64,000 nt of DNA from Lama glama (lineage: Eukaryota), in contig CM052841.1 of the NCBI GenBank assembly GCA_028534125.1, positions 26,598,001 to 26,662,000 of the forward strand, read 5' to 3'. A model generated the notes under the pieces. That model was given only the letters and a program-made list of their open reading frames with translations, had not been told where the DNA came from and searched no databases. Below, in pieces: positions 25,716-39,989 of this stretch. The position numbers were made by a program, and so were the translations under genes. Each line of letters begins with the position of its first letter. Positions within the stretch are counted from its first letter, which is position 1.

Positions 25716-26179
25716 CTCTCCACTTAGGGGTGTTCAGAAAACTCCCTGGAGTGGTTAAAATCAGGAAGACTAAACTACTCTTGTTATTTTCTTTTTAAAA
25801 CGGCCAGCAAGTTAGAAATTTTAAACTTCAGTTAAAGTTGGAAAAGCAGGTCCTTGGACTCTGAGCAGATATACAATAAGCAAAGGATTCTCAACAGAAA
25901 GACAATTTCAAAAAATGGAGAACCTATAAAACCTGCTTCCCAGTGTAAATTTACAGTTTTGGAAAGGTTTGGAGACATGGTCCCTCAAGAATACCAGGTG
26001 TCTTACAGCTCCACAGCAATGTATATTGGGACAAAAAGTTTCTCTAACAGTAGATTTCCTGTTCATGTTGAAATGTATGGCTATATCCCAATCCATTTTG
26101 GGGGAGTAACTACATCTTTGCCTCCTCAAACAAGCATCCAGCTAAAATTTAAGACACAAAACCCCAGCTCATGACAGCA

Positions 26180-26440
26180 CAGAAAAATCCAGCACTTGTG
26201 TGTGAATAACACCTAATACTAGGCAAGTGTTTATCACTGGGTAGCGTTCTTCCTTACGTACATTAATTCACCTAATCCTCACAAGCACCTCTGACATAGG
26301 TACTATTATAGTTCACATTTTACAAATGGACAGACTGAACACGGGAGGATCAAGTTATGTCTGCAAGTTCACACAGCTAGTGAGGATCAGAGGCAAGGTT
26401 CTCCACTCCAAGCTGCCTGAGCCTGCCCATTCAACTATGA
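26180..26440 (-). mobile_element. MIR
   Basis: taatcctcacaagcacctctgacataggtactattatagttcacattttacaaatggacagactga. Confidence 0.75.
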
Positions 26441-26593
26441 GCCTTCCCACTTCTGTTTCTGGAGCAAGGAAGATGCTGAGTTGACCCCAGATAATCCTCA
26501 CAGCACCTAATTTAAAGCTGACCGATCAGTTTTGGAACAAAAGATGACCGTCTGATGCTAATCAGTCTTCTCTTTGAGAGTGTTTGCCCTTAG

Positions 26594-26781
26594 GCTGTGG
26601 TTCTCAAACTGTGGTCCCCAGGTCAGCAACATCAGTATTCCCCAAGAACTTATTTGAAATGCAAATCATTCACCCTACCATGGTCCTACTGGACCAGAAA
26701 CTTGGGGAATGATGCCCAGCAATCTGTGCTTTAACACCTCTCCAGGTGACTCTGATGCATGCTACAGTTCTAGAACAACTG
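26594..26781. mobile_element. MER5A (hAT-Charlie)
   Basis: gtggttctcaaactgtggtcccc...gcccagcaatctgtgctttaac...ccaggtgactctgatgca. Confidence 0.85.
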
Positions 26782-27511
26782 CATTAAATGGGCTCAGCTC
26801 ATATGTTTAAAATGTCTAGACTTGTACCCTTATCCCATTGTGTCTGAGAACGCTTTTTTTTTTTTTTAACTGTTTAAGAGGGATTTTCTAGAGAACTCTT
26901 AGGGATGGACATACACTGTTTTCTAGAATGTTTGCAACTCAAGCTCAGTATTCACCAGTGAGTCAAGACCTTGTATGGTGTCTACAGGTCAAGTCAACAA
27001 CATCTCACAAAAGGAACAAAGCATCAACAGCAACATTATCATTCTACCACCTTAATTGGAGAAAGCCATGAAGTATTCAAAATTTTTAAATTCAATTTTT
27101 GTTTTCTTAATCAGCTTGATTTCATCCATTTAAACCTAATCATGACCACTGCTCTGACTTGACCCAAATGTGGCTTTTTTTCTCTCAAGACTTCGGTCTC
27201 CCTGAAAAAAGCAACCAGGACTTGTTTTTCCACATACCTTTGCACCAAAGACAGAACCTGGCTCTTAAGTGGTGCCCAGTATGTGACTCTCAAAAGCAAC
27301 TGCACCTTCCAGCCAGCAGTTCACACAGATGTTCCACAGCCTGTTGTAAATCAAGCCATGAAATTAGCATTTTTTTAAACCCTGCATTTACCTTTGGTTA
27401 CTTTCTGTCCCCAGGGAAGGAAATTACTATAGAATTCACAATATAAGTTGGGGAGAAGACTATTTCTTCACAAGACACAAGTAAAGTTCTGGCCAAAGAT
27501 CTTGATTTATT

Positions 27512-27691
27512 NNNNNNNNNNNNNNNNNNNNNNNNNNNNNNNNNNNNNNNNNNNNNNNNNNNNNNNNNNNNNNNNNNNNNNNNNNNNNNNNNNNNNNNNN
27601 NNNNNNNNNNNNNNNNNNNNNNNNNNNNNNNNNNNNNNNNNNNNNNNNNNNNNNNNNNNNNNNNNNNNNNNNNNNNNNNNNNNNNNNNNNN
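27512..27691. other. Assembly gap
   Basis: Run of N. Confidence 1.
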
Positions 27692-27989
27692 AACCTGCAG
27701 AAGAGTCAATATTTTACAAGGTTCACCAAGAGTTTGTGGGAAACTTTGATCCCTCTTTCACTGCTTCCAGAAGAATCCATGAAGCCCCCATTTGTTTACC
27801 AGGCTCTGGCAAGAAGTTGTCACTCAAGAGACAAATTTCATATCAATTGGATGGTCACGACTTAAAAATAGGTTTCTTCTTCATACTTCTCTCACTGATC
27901 AAGGACATAAAAGACATGAGAAGAAACCAGCCACGTGTTAATTTATTCCCCTTACTTCACTCCAGCCCTTGAAACCACCAATATTAAAA

Positions 27990-30400
27990 CACAACTTCAT
28001 TTTGAGTTCCAGTTTTTACTATTTTTATAACAAACATTCCAACAATGTGGAACTATACAGGAAGAAAACACAGGGTCTGATCACTCTGGTCTCCTAAACT
28101 CTTATAATAATCACTCTGAACAGTTCAAAACAAAACATCCTTCTGTATTTTTCTACACCCGTGTCCATGTGTATATTATCATACATGGGACACATACATG
28201 CACGTTTGTTTTTCAAATGCTATCATGTTTGCCATCTCACACATTTAAATCGTTTTTGAAATTTTATAACAGTTTTTAAGTTGAACTTCTCCCCCTAGCA
28301 ACTTTCTACTATATAATATAGTATTGTTAATTATAGTTACCTTGCTGTGTATTAGATTCCCAGAATTATTCATTTTATAACTGAAAGTCTGTCCACTTGG
28401 ACCAACACCTCCCCATTTCCCCCACCCTCCAGCTACTGGTAACCACCATTCTAGTCTCATCTCTGAGTCTGACATTTTTAGATTCCACAAGTAAGTGAAA
28501 TTATATAGTACTCTGACTTAACTTACTTAGCATAATGCCCTCATGTGTCACAAATGGCAGGATTTCCTTCTTTCTCGTGGCTAAATAATTCTCTTTATAT
28601 ATGTGTGTGTGTGTGTGTGTGTATATACACACACATACACACACTTTTTTATCCATTGACAGACGCTTAAGTTGTTCCCATGCCTTAGCTGTTGTAAATA
28701 ACGGTGCGATAAACATGGGATTGTGGGGGTGCAGGTATTTCTTGAAGTTCCTGTTTTCATTTCCTTTGGAGATAGACATACCCCCAGAAATGGGACTGCT
28801 AGATCATATAGTATAGAATCTCCATACTGTTTTCCACAGTAAAGTGGCTGCACCAATTTACATTCCCACTAACCGTGCACAAGGGTTCCCTTTCCTCCAC
28901 ATCCTTGTCAATCCTTGTTATCTCGTCTTTTTCATTATAGTCATTGTAACAGGTGTGAAGTAATTTCATTGCAATTTGGATTTGCCCTTCCCATGTGATT
29001 CATGATTTTGAGCATCTTTTCATGTGACTGTTGTCCATCTGTATGTCTTCTCTGGGAAAATGTCCATTCAGATCCCCTGCCCATTCTTTAATCAGATTAT
29101 TTGTTTTGTTGTTATTGAATCATATGAAGTCCTTATATTTTGGGGTATCAACCCCTTAGCAGAGAAATAGTTTGCAAATATTTCCCCCATTCCATAGGCT
29201 GCCTCTTCATTTTGATTGTCTCTCTTGCTATACAAAAGCTTTTAAATTTTATGTAGTCCATTTGTTTATTTTTGCTTCTGTTGGCTATACTTTTAATGTC
29301 ATATCCAAGAAATCATCAAGACCGGTGTGTCAAGGAGGTTTTACCCTGTTTTCTTCTAGGAGTTCTGCAGGAGTTCTGAAGGTCTTTGCTTCAAGTGTTT
29401 AACCTATTTTGAGTTGATTACTGTGAGTGAAGGAAGATAGGGATCCAGTTTTATTTTTTCTATGAATATCCAGTTTTCCTCACATTTCAGTCTTAGCCCC
29501 CATCAAGTTGAACTCGAAAAAAGGTATGTACCAATTTAAGTTCCGTCAACGGTATGTAATTCCCCATTTCTCCTACATCTGACAGACATAGCAGACCCCT
29601 CGTTGTTGCTTTTTGTTTACGTACCTCTCAAGCTGGTCTATTTTTCTTATTGGTTTAAGTTTTCGGGTTTTTTTTTTTAATGTCAGCTCACAATGTTACA
29701 TAAAGAACTCTGTTGGGATTTTTGTTGGGACCTGAATCTTTGGATAGAATGAACATTTCTATCTGAAGATTCTCATCTGGAAGTATTTTCTCCCTTTAGT
29801 CAGGCCTTTTATTTGTCCTTATAGAAAGTTACCATTTTCTTCATATAAGCCTTACATTCTCTCTCCAGTTTATTCCAAAATTTTTCAGAGAATTTTTTTT
29901 GCAGTTTTAGATGGGTTTTTCCTTCTGCTTATTGTTTAAAAATAGTGTTATGAGTTTACACATATTACTCTTATTGCTGAACACAGCCCTGAATTCCCTT
30001 TTAATAACCAAGAATTTTCAATTGATTGTCCAGGATTTTCTTGCTCTGTAAATGTAGATTTCTCTCATTATTTTTTTCTCCCCACTCACAGACTGACTGG
30101 TACCACCAGAAAAATGCTGAATTTTTGCCTTTTTAACTTAATGGGAATTTTCTGATATATCATTAGTTAAGTATGTTGCTGTATATACGTATAAGTAAGG
30201 TTTCTTATATACTCTTTTTTTCCCAAGTTAAAAAACTTCCTTCTACTGTTAGATTATGGAGTGTTTGTTTTAATGGGAATGGGTGTTGAATTTTAATAAA
30301 TACTTACTTTATGTCAATTGAGATGACCTCGCGGTGGGGAAACACAGCGAATTCCATCAAGAAGTTTCCTAATGGTAAAACTCCCCTGCATTACTGGGAT
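27990..30400 (-). mobile_element. Antisense L1 block: L1MA-like (about 28295-29480) nested in an older L1ME-like element
   Basis: ggtaaccaccattctagtctc, tggctgcaccaatttacattcccactaac and tttgcaaatatttccccc L1 motifs; (TG)n/(CA)n tract at about 28600-28645. Confidence 0.8.
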
Positions 30401-31021
30401 GTGTTTTCATTGGATTCTGACTCAATATAGATGTCAGTACAAGGTAGAGTTGAAAAAAGAGGACATCAGGAGAAATCTGTTCTCCCCACTTTGGGAAAAT
30501 ACACTCAAGACATGAAGAGTCCAAGTTGCTTCAACTGCCTGACCTAAACATTTCTACTACACTGACTCTCCCAGCTCCACATCATAGAGTAAAACTCTGT
30601 AACGTAATAGGGCACGTGCCTAGTCAGCCATTAAACAGTGTTACCTTGAGGGAAACAAGGGGGAAAGCAAAGCCAGTGGAAAACTTAAACGAATCATATC
30701 CAGGGAAAGAAACTACACAACATAGAATACTGCTTGTACAGCTGCCCTCAGCATTACTGCCAGCACCCATGAAATCCTATGCCCAGCAACATTCTACCCT
30801 ATCTTCCTCCCAGTGAAATCTCTCCTCAGCCCAAACTCCCAAAGGACTCAGAATGTGACCTAAGTGTAAGAAATCAAAACATGGAGTAGTGACAAAGTAT
30901 ACTTTTAATTTCAAGATACAGTAAGGTCAGAGAAAGGGCAGCACAGAAATGACCCTAGTATATTTCTCAAAGCCAAGGTTATGAAACAACCATGAGATAG
31001 AGAACCCTGAGACAGCTTAAG

Positions 31022-31178
31022 CAAAAGTTGCCATAGTTAGCAAATGATATATGGGATGATCAGCTAAATCTGAATTGTCCTGGGCAGTATCTGGGACACA
31101 CTACTTGTACTAAAAATAAAAGCTGTGTTACTCATCTAAAATTCAAATTTAACTTAGTGTTCTTCTATATACCCTAAC
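31022..31178. mobile_element. Degenerate MER53
   Basis: gttgccatagttagcaaat...cagctaaatctgaatt...tctaaaattcaaatttaact. Confidence 0.6.
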
Positions 31179-31189
31179 TTGGACTCCAA

Positions 31190-31580
31190 AATAATTTGCC
31201 TGTATTTCCATCCTGGTCCCACCACTTCTTAGCCATGTGACCACAAGATGTTAGTAATAGCTCTATGAGCAGCTTCCTCAATGTTAAAATGAGTTATTTT
31301 GAGGATTAAATGACTTGAAGCATAGAAAATGTTCAGCACATCCCTCAGCACATAGGAAATAAATGGCACATGAACCTTCAGATTTAAGTAATGGTTACAC
31401 TCAGGAGTTCAGGGATGCACAGAGTACCGGACTGGGAGTTAGGAGACATGTGTTTTATTGCTAACTATGTTTCAAACTAGCTGTGTGCCCTTAAGTAAGT
31501 TCCTTAACCATCCTGGGTCTCCTTGTTCTTCTCTACAAAAAAAGGAGATAGAAATAAATGGTCTCTTCCCACTCTTAAAA
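31190..31580 (+). mobile_element. Two MIR fragments
   Basis: ccaccacttcttagccatgtgacc; ggactgggagttaggagacatg...ctagctgtgtgcccttaagtaagt. Confidence 0.7.
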
Positions 31581-32994
31581 ATCTGATTCCTGGACCCCTA
31601 TTGCTTGTACTTTGGAGAAATTTATCAGAGTGCTGTCAATTTTCCTTAAATGAATTCTTTCCATGGAGCAATGTATGATTAATATCTTTTGAATACCACT
31701 GAGAGCAAAAGTATGCTGAGTTGAGATTTTAGTAGTTTTGCTTTGAGGAATACAGGTGCAATTGGTCATACTTATTCTCAGACAACAGTCCATGTGGTTT
31801 CATGGTTTCACCTCAAGTTATAAATCAATTCCTGGAGCCTGAGCCCAATCTAACATCCTGAATGCAAGTTACAGTATCTCCAGCTTCGGCACAATAAGCA
31901 ATATGTGGTATCCTGTTTGTCACCATACAGTGGTTTATGGCAGACAGAGGAATAAGTTGTGGGATTTCCAAATGGACAGATGTAATGTGCATTTAAAACT
32001 AAACAAATACCACCCTCAAATTTATTTAATTGAGGATTAATTTCTTCTTTCTCTAAGCCACTAAGAAGTTTTTCATTTTTATGGTGGAACTGATATTATT
32101 CAATAAACCAAGAAGAAATGATTAGTCTGTGCAACTGGAGGTACATTTAATCCCATGTGCATTTGATTTTCAGAACTGAAAACCACCTTGCCATATAGTA
32201 TGTCTATACAGCAAGCCGAACACACATATAGACACACAATGTCTCAATCAAAAGTGTTATTGAAGAGTTTATGCCTGGGGGTGGGGGAGTGGACAGAGAT
32301 CATGTAATGTTATATAGTGCAGGAAGGAAATTTGGTGATCTAGTCTGACTCTTATTTGTAAGAAAACTCAGGTTCAGAAGAGTTAGATGAATTCTGCTAG
32401 ATTAAAAAGCAACAAGGCCATCTTTTCTCTGATGTTCTTTTTAATCCGAAATACTCTGATCACTTGTAACTTTGGATATTAATTTTTTTTCTATGAATGA
32501 GTAAGATTTGTCTTAAGCTAAAATACCTCTTTTTTCTTTTTCTTCCCAATAAAGCTTCATGGTTATTTATTTTTAAAAAGTACATCCTGTAGTCAACAGT
32601 ATTTAAGTAGTTAATGAAAATGTGATAAATAAAAGTTTCTGTTGACCTACTCCAAAAATCTGTAAAACCCTCTGAGTCGCTGTTGTATGCTGGGCACTGT
32701 GCTAGGCACTGGGGTATCAGTAATGAGTAAGACAAGGCCCTGCCTTTGAGAAGATACGTCTTCTTCCTGGTAACCACAGAATCAGTAAGCCAAGCCATCT
32801 GTCCATTTCACATTCACAGCAATTCCATGAGATGGACCCAAAGGGAACTGTGGCTATCAGGTACCAGACTTCATAAGAAGCCTTTAGAAAGAGCCTTTTA
32901 AAATATTACTTTAAATCCTATTCCTGAAAGCCAAGTTTACCATTTCAAGAGCTTCTCCTTAAGTTATTATAATTTATGTTTCAGGCACCGTCCA

Positions 32995-33150
32995 GGTAGC
33001 ACGGCAGCATGGTAGGAAGCGTGGGTTCTACTCCCAGACCTGCCACTAACTAACTGGGGCACTTGGAATAGGTGATTAAACTTCTCTGGTTCCCTGTTTC
33101 CTCAACTATAAAATGATGAGCTTGATTAACAAGACCCAAAATACCTTCTA
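32995..33150 (+). mobile_element. MIR
   Basis: ctgccactaactaactggggcacttggaataggtgattaaacttctctggttccctgtttcctcaactataaaatg. Confidence 0.75.
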
Positions 33151-34069
33151 TCTAGGGTGCAATACGTACAATCAGTACAGGATGTTACATGACAGAGCGG
33201 GAACAAGGGAGCTTGAATGGGACTGCAAATGTAACCAGCCAACCCCAAACTCCAAGTCAGGCCACCAGGGGTATGACAGGTAATTCCTTCTAGGTCTCAT
33301 CCCAGAAATGAGCCCAACAATAAGAGTATTCTTAGGTGTAAGCAAATGTGGCCATCTCATTCAAGATCCCAGAAGTAGCTAGGGGCTTATTAACTGACAG
33401 TTGCCAGGGACAAGGCCACTCTTTTGGAAAAATCATGTTTCCTGCTTTACTTCTCACTCTACCACCTAGCCAGGTGGGCTGAGCTTCCATATCATCCATC
33501 CACTCTTTTCAGCTGGGATTTCTGAGGATGTTCCCTCACAGATTTAAAGATTTACTTTGACCTACTGGGGGAAGACATTGGCCCCTGACAGCAAGCAGAA
33601 CAACCCCAGATGATAATAAATACACCATATCGGGAGGGAACTATTTGCCAGAACATTCCTTTCTTTACATTGCTATTCCAGGAAGGCATGCTTTTTCTCA
33701 GCCCTCACCTGGCCCATCCCAGCAGGTCCTTTGCATTCTACTTCCAGCAACCAGCCAGGCTCACATGTCCATATACTGCTGCCTCTGCAAGACTCAGACA
33801 GTCACACTTCAAAGTGAGGAGGCTGGATTTCTTATTGGTTGTGTTCAGATCCAGGCTAGGAATCCCTGCTGATGGGGGCCAAGTTTATATGCTGTATAAT
33901 AAACTTTATCCTCAAAACATTGGTCTGCATAGGAATGAGGCCAATAAAATTGCTTGTCCAGAGGAAAAAGAAAAAAAACCACCTCTCTGAAGTTAAAAAT
34001 ATCAAGTGCTACACAAACACCAAATAAATTCATTGCCATAAGATTTATGGTCCCTTTAATTAGCTATTG

Positions 34070-34275
34070 GGCTCAGAGGCAGGAGAGCTAGATAAGCACT
34101 GGCCTCAAGGTCAGGGAACCTGAGTCAAGTCCAGCTCTGGAAGCAAGTAGCTTTGTGAATTTGGGTGAGTCATTTCACCTTTCGAGTCTCAGTTTCATTG
34201 TCTGTTAAAAGTTGGGCCACATACTTTCAAAGACTCCCCCACCACCAGCAGCCCCAGTGCTAAAGTCTTATGATC
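34070..34275 (+). mobile_element. MIR
   Basis: tagctttgtgaatttgggtgagtcatttcacctttcgagtctcagtttc. Confidence 0.75.
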
Positions 34276-34704
34276 CCATATTCTTTTCGCTCAGTTGGCT
34301 GCCAGTAAATTACCTGCTTTGGAAGATGTATTAACTCTTAGCCACTAGGGTACAATTTAACACATTTCTGATGCAATAAATCAGCAGTCCTCTTTGCCCT
34401 TTGCGTTAACCTTGCTTTTTATGTATCACTGGCCATGGAGGATTACGAAAGAGCAGGTGCCTCCAGGGTTAACAGCAGGGTGAATCCTGGAGCTGGGACC
34501 TCTGACACTGCCTCTCTCATCAGTTTTCCAGGTGAGCTGGAGGCACTGTTCCAAACCTTATTCATTCGTAAAGTGACAACTGAGGGTTCCTGTGAAGTAA
34601 TGTCACTTAACACCCAAATAGGGGACAGGAAGACGTGGTGGCTTGGGGTCTATACTCAGAGCTGTCCCCTCCCATTCATTCATTCAATCATCCCTTCCCC
34701 TATA

Positions 34705-35590
34705 CCCGGACTGACCACCTAGTTTCTGGAACCTAGTGCAATGTGAAACTGTCAGGTCCCTTGTATAAAAAAAAATAAAAAGTAGGGAGGGACGTATCAT
34801 TTGAAGTTCTGAAATAAAAGACTTTTTTTGTGCGTTCTGTAGTCTCTCTCTTGATCTGTCATGGTGTCTTTTTGTTATTTAATGTTGCACTCCCTCAAGC
34901 AGGAGATACTTTCAGGCAATTCAAACCCTCAGAGATGCCATGGTGACCTGGAGCATGCACGGACCCTGACCGTCAGTTTCCCTTTGCACCAGAGCAGGTC
35001 CGAGATGTTATGCTGCGGCACTGATCTGAGAAGTCGAGCCAGAGATTTCTCCCTCCCACAATCTGCTGCCCTAATCCCTGATAGGTGAGCATGGCTCGGA
35101 TGCACTAGGTATCTGGGTCAGGTATGGTTAAAAGGCCTCCCCCAACCAGGTGACTTGCAAAGTACACTGCATTGCTACCAGCCCAGGCCGGGAACGGCCA
35201 CTCGCATGCCCTGCTCCATGACGTGATAGGATACACACATCTACCCTACTCCTCTGGGCACAACACCCAGTCCCCAACTGGGGCAGAGGGAGGCAGTGGT
35301 CACTGGCTGAGGAGAGAAAGGGGAAAAGAGGGATGCCAGGCAGGGCCCTGCAAGCCAGGAGAAAGGGAGCAGATGACCAGATTTCCTTCCAGGCAGGCAG
35401 GGTAGGAGGCTGTGGGAGGCGAGACCAGCCATAAGTCACTGCTGCAAGTACATGCTCCGTTGTCCCATCGACCTCACTCACAGAACACAAGGTCAAAGGT
35501 AAGATCACTAAGCACATCTAGACCACAACCACAGAGCATCAAAACCCAAGCACTTCTGTGCTATCTGTAAGTCCAGGAAATGGATCCTGC
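34705..35590 (+). mobile_element. MER45B/C-like (hAT-Tip100)
   Basis: tgtcatggtgtctttttgttatttaatgttgcactccctc...catgctccgttgtcccatcgacctcactcacagaacacaa. Confidence 0.75.
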
Positions 35591-35599
35591 TCATGCCTG

Positions 35600-35950
35600 G
35601 AGAGCCCAGATTCTCTCACATCCCCAGGCCTTTGCATATTCCAGGCCCTCTACCTTCCATGAAGTCACTTACTGCCTCATGGACCTCACAAACCCCCAAT
35701 TATCCTTTCAAAGCCCACGAGGGCACAACCTCTCCTGTGAAATCTTCCCTGCCTGCTCTGCCCTAGGGAACTGATTCTACTTTCCATTCTGTCCTCCATT
35801 ACCCAGGCATACTTCTAATACTCTATTATCAAACTTTATTTCTATTTATTTCAGTCTGCCCTTCCCACCAGCCGATAAGGAATCTGAAGGCAAAGCCTTC
35901 AGTGAGTTTACTCACTTTTATATCCCAAGGCATAGGACTCAGCTCGCAGT
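35600..35950 (+). mobile_element. L2 fragment
   Basis: ccaggcctttgcatatt...tcctttcaaagccc...ctcactttatatcccaagg. Confidence 0.6.
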
Positions 35951-37178
35951 CCTTGGCAGCAGTCGTGATGGCTTGATCACTGTTCTTCCTGTGGGCATTT
36001 GCTGATGCAGTCAGTGGCCAGTGAGTGCAGGATCCTCTCCCTGGACTCTGTCAGGCCCAACAGGTCCCTTGTGCTGAACTGGCCCCTCTCCAGCTCTCAC
36101 TAGCACCACACCTCCCTCTGAGGTCTGCACAGGACTCTCACTTGAGTTCTGTTCCTGGGACTCATCCTGCCACTCTCAGTTTCTGCCTCCTCAAGTCTGG
36201 ACTATCTATTGTGATATTCTGACTGTGCTGCCTGCTAGGTGAACCAGCCACCATATCCGTGTACTTCCTTGAAGCACAGGGTAGTTTCTGGACATTTCCA
36301 TGCCACATACAGGGGCCAAAACAGACTCCAGAAAGCCAACTCAGACCAGGGCCACCACAAAACACAACTCTAGGAGACAAAGCATTTCCATCGACATCTA
36401 AGCGCATGGTGGCCTGTGGAGTTGCAGGGCTGTCTGTAGTGACCCAGACCCCGTCTTCCTCTGTCTGATCCTCCATACTGATGGTTTTTTCCTGGCACAG
36501 AGGGGTTCTTACGGGTAAGTCGGCTTCCTGCAAGTCTAACTCTGATGTTTCCGTGTGTTGGCCTCACTGTGCCTGGGGAACATGAACTTGCCTTCCGTAA
36601 TGCTCTCCATTCTCCTCTCACAGTATTTAACAGGTCCCTTCTTCAGCCTTTGGACCTAGGTTGGTAATGGGGCAGTAACGTAGCACCACACCCCAAGTGA
36701 CTAAACGCTGCTTGGCTTTTGCACCCCTCTCCCCACTGTCTCCCTTCTCCCCAGCCCAGCAAGGAAGGAAGGGCGAGCTTCTCATTTCTCCCAGGCGGCC
36801 TGCACTTCCCTCACACTGCATCCTGTGTGTTCTTAAAGCTAAGGGGTGGCCTTTCTACCTTACAGAGGAAATGTCTGGTCATCAGGCTGAGATCTTGTTA
36901 CGGGAGCAAGGAAACTGAGGAATTCCTTCTCTAATAGGGACTCATTTAAGCATGTTGTTTTGCTCTGGACTAATGAAGTCTTACTCTGCATGTCAAAAAC
37001 TGACTGCAGAAAGGCACCCTAAGGCACAAAGGTAAGCAGCAGACTATGTCCTGGCTGCTGTGGCTCATATTTTAATGCTACTACCTTGTAGGGCTATTGC
37101 GAGGACTCAGTGAACACAGATCAAACACAGGACAGTACCTGGCAACTACTATGCACTGTAACAGTGCTGGCCGCTATT

Positions 37179-37484
37179 ACGGGCATGCTTTGATTACACT
37201 TGGCTTCATCACATTTTGCAGGTATCATCGTCTTGGAGCTGGGGCAACCCCGCGTTGTCAAATGATGGTGAACAACTTTCAGCAATCTGCCATTTTTTAA
37301 TGAAGCTACACAGATACTTTGTTAGACATGATGCTATCACACACTTAGTAGACTACAGTATAGTGTAAACATAACTTTTATATGCAGTGGGAAACCAAAA
37401 CATTTGTCTAACTCGCTTTGTTATGATTCTTGCTGCATTGCTGTGGTCTGGAACGGAGCCCGCAATATCCCTGCAGCATGCCTG
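37179..37484. mobile_element. Tigger1-derived MITE adjoining or inserted in a MIR
   Basis: tagactacagtatagtgtaaacataacttttatatgcagtgggaaaccaaaa...gtggtctggaacggagcccgcaatatc. Confidence 0.85.
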
Positions 37485-37740
37485 CACTGGCTTTTTCTTC
37501 TCTTAGCATCTCTGCTCTACCTCCTCTGTCCTCTCGGAGGCAAATGGACACCTCCAGCAGAATAAAAGTAATGCCCAAAACAATGCAAAAGAAAATTGAG
37601 TATTTCAAATAATATCTTTTCATTACCAGCATCTCATTTCACATTCCCAAGTTAAAAAGCAGTGGTGGGGCATCCTGGTGGAATAGCCAAAAACACAGGC
37701 ATCTAATCCTACACAACAGAAAGAAGTGAGATTATATATA

Positions 37741-38365
37741 CTGTAGATCCCCACAATCACAGATTCTGTATTTGCGAGTTCTCCTGCGCACTAAGATTTT
37801 AACCCCCAAGTCAACACTCGGGACACTTCCACAACCATCCATGCCCATTTACAGAGTTGTGGGAAATACGGTCCCAGCTGAGGCCTAACAAGCCACACTC
37901 CACCTTATTTCAGCTCTCATATTGAAAACAAGTGTCTTTTCAGGATAAACTTAGTGCCACGCTGTTCTCATTTTTGTCAGTGATTTTGCTATTTAAAACG
38001 CACCTCCCTACACGCACACAAGCACAGGACTGAAGTGCTGTCTAGTGATCCAAGTGCAAGAAGGCCAGGATGTCACTTAAGAGAAAATATACATTAGACA
38101 AGCGTCACTCTGGCATGGGTTACGGTGCCACTGGCTTTGAGTTTACTGTTGATGAGCCAACTACATATACATGTATATATGTATGTATATGTATTCAATA
38201 AAGGTTCTTTCAACAAAAACACAAAACAAGGGTTTATGTTGATTGGTTGGTGAAAATACTGTGACTAGCGACTCATAGGAACCCAAGCCTGTATTTCCTC
38301 TAGTAGCAATGCTTACAACTTGCTAATTCAATGTTCTCAGTAACTTTATAGAACCACCCTGATAA
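37741..38365 (-). mobile_element. MER82 (TcMar-Tigger)
   Basis: tgaagtgctgtctagtg...aggaacccaagcctgtatttcctctag...gctaattcaatgttctcagtaactttatagaac. Confidence 0.8.
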
Positions 38366-38434
38366 ATGGATAGACAATCACTTCTCATTATGTATGGATA
38401 TATGTGTGTATGTGGATATGGATATACCATGTAT

Positions 38435-38638
38435 CCTCAGCCTTTCAACATTTGGGTTAAGGGTGTCCTCCGTTCACACAGTTGAAAATCCATGTTTAAC
38501 TTCAGCCAACCCTCTATACATAGGGTACCCCACCTGCAGAGTCACCCAAGATCAAGTAGGATTGTAGTATGCTTTTAATAAAAAAAAAATCCACACTTAA
38601 GTGGATTTCAAACCCATGTTGTTCAAGAGTCTACTGTA
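38435..38638 (-). mobile_element. Tigger2/MER8-like MITE
   Basis: aaaatccacacttaagtggatttcaaacccatgttgttcaagagtctactgta. Confidence 0.75.
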
Positions 38639-39989
38639 TACATGTGCATATGTGTATACAGGTGTCTGCCAAGTGAAAGTTAGTCTACGTATGATCAATA
38701 TTACTATCATTAACTCCACTTAAAGATGAAAAATGAGCTTTAATAATGTTAGATTCCTTACCCAACATTTTCCAGGTACCAATCATAAAAACTGTTCTAC
38801 CTATCTAGCGCTGCATAGCAAATCTCCCCACATGCAGTGGCCTGAAACCACCACCACCACTGTTTTACATTCATGGATTCTCTGGGTCAAGACTTCTGAC
38901 AGGACACATGGGGGTGACTTGTCTCTACTTCATGATGTCTGGTCTCTTCCCTTTCCACCAAAATAAAAGGACTGTGTGAAGATTTTTATCTAGGCCCAAT
39001 TTTTCCATGTGATGGAGGTCACGTCGTGAAACATAATACAAAGGACAGGTTTCAAAGACACCAAGGGTACATGTGGTTCTGAATGGAAGCGCAGACACCT
39101 CTACAGAGACATGTTGCTATTTCTTTCATTTCACGATTGCCTGTTGTGATCCCTTCTTACAAAGAAACGGTAGCAAGTTGAGACATTCATGCCTCTAGAA
39201 ACACTCTTTGAAACCCAGATGCAAGTGGATTATCTTCCCATAAAGCCCAAGGTAAAATACTCCTTATGCCAGGTGATGGATTAGAATATTCCAGCACGGG
39301 TTTATGTTGTCAGCCAGTATCAATACAGCACCGATCAGAAGAGATTAGTCTGGCATTGTCAAGATTCTTGTCCAATGATTGTAGTTTAGAATATAAAAGC
39401 GCACTGTCTCACTTAATAGCAACATCACCGTAAGCAACATTGAATAAATAGAGAATAAATTATATGCAAAGAATAATTTTTTGGCATACAAGTTTAACTC
39501 TAACAAAGGAAACCTTTTAAGATGTCACTGCATTCAGGTAAGAAAACGTGTCTTTTATCACATTGACCATGTGTATGTGGACATTTAAGAATTCAAAAAC
39601 GTCCTGGTAAAGTTTCTAAAAATTTTTTTTTTAAAGAAGACATTAACTCATGAAGGAGAGAAAATTCACCTTTCACCAACTTAATCCACATGTGCTTTAG
39701 AATATTTGATACTTTCATTCATGTTCTTCGTTAGTCTCACCTTTACAAAGAGCCACTAAAGGATGTGCCTGTACCAACAGAAATTGGGTATCTTCTTCCA
39801 TCAAGTGCCTTAATCCCTCAGAGCTCCAGAAGTTGCACCCTGGCTCCTAAAGAGGTAGATTCGGGTCATTTTACACACTTCCATGCAAACATAATGCAAA
39901 AGAAGTATCTCCTTACTCTGGCTACAGATGAGAAGACATTTCCCTTGGCTGCTAGAACCCTACCAAAAATCAGCCTTGCAGTTTTGATC

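Noticed and set aside
28597-28645. (TG)n-(CA)n fold-back as a functional hairpin
   Set aside because: A common microsatellite expansion within an L1 3' region
32760-32881. Tudor-like VKWTDG motif on the minus strand
   Set aside because: Six-residue match bounded by stops, with no supporting neighbouring exons
33709-33830. Ankyrin-like LAEAAVYGHV or Ig-like PPHFEV motif on the minus strand
   Set aside because: Short matches in different frames, flanked by stops; consistent with chance
39741-39846. Resemblance of an alternative frame to the ubiquitin E1 FCCH domain
   Set aside because: Weak pattern-level similarity, two stops, and no other E1 exons nearby
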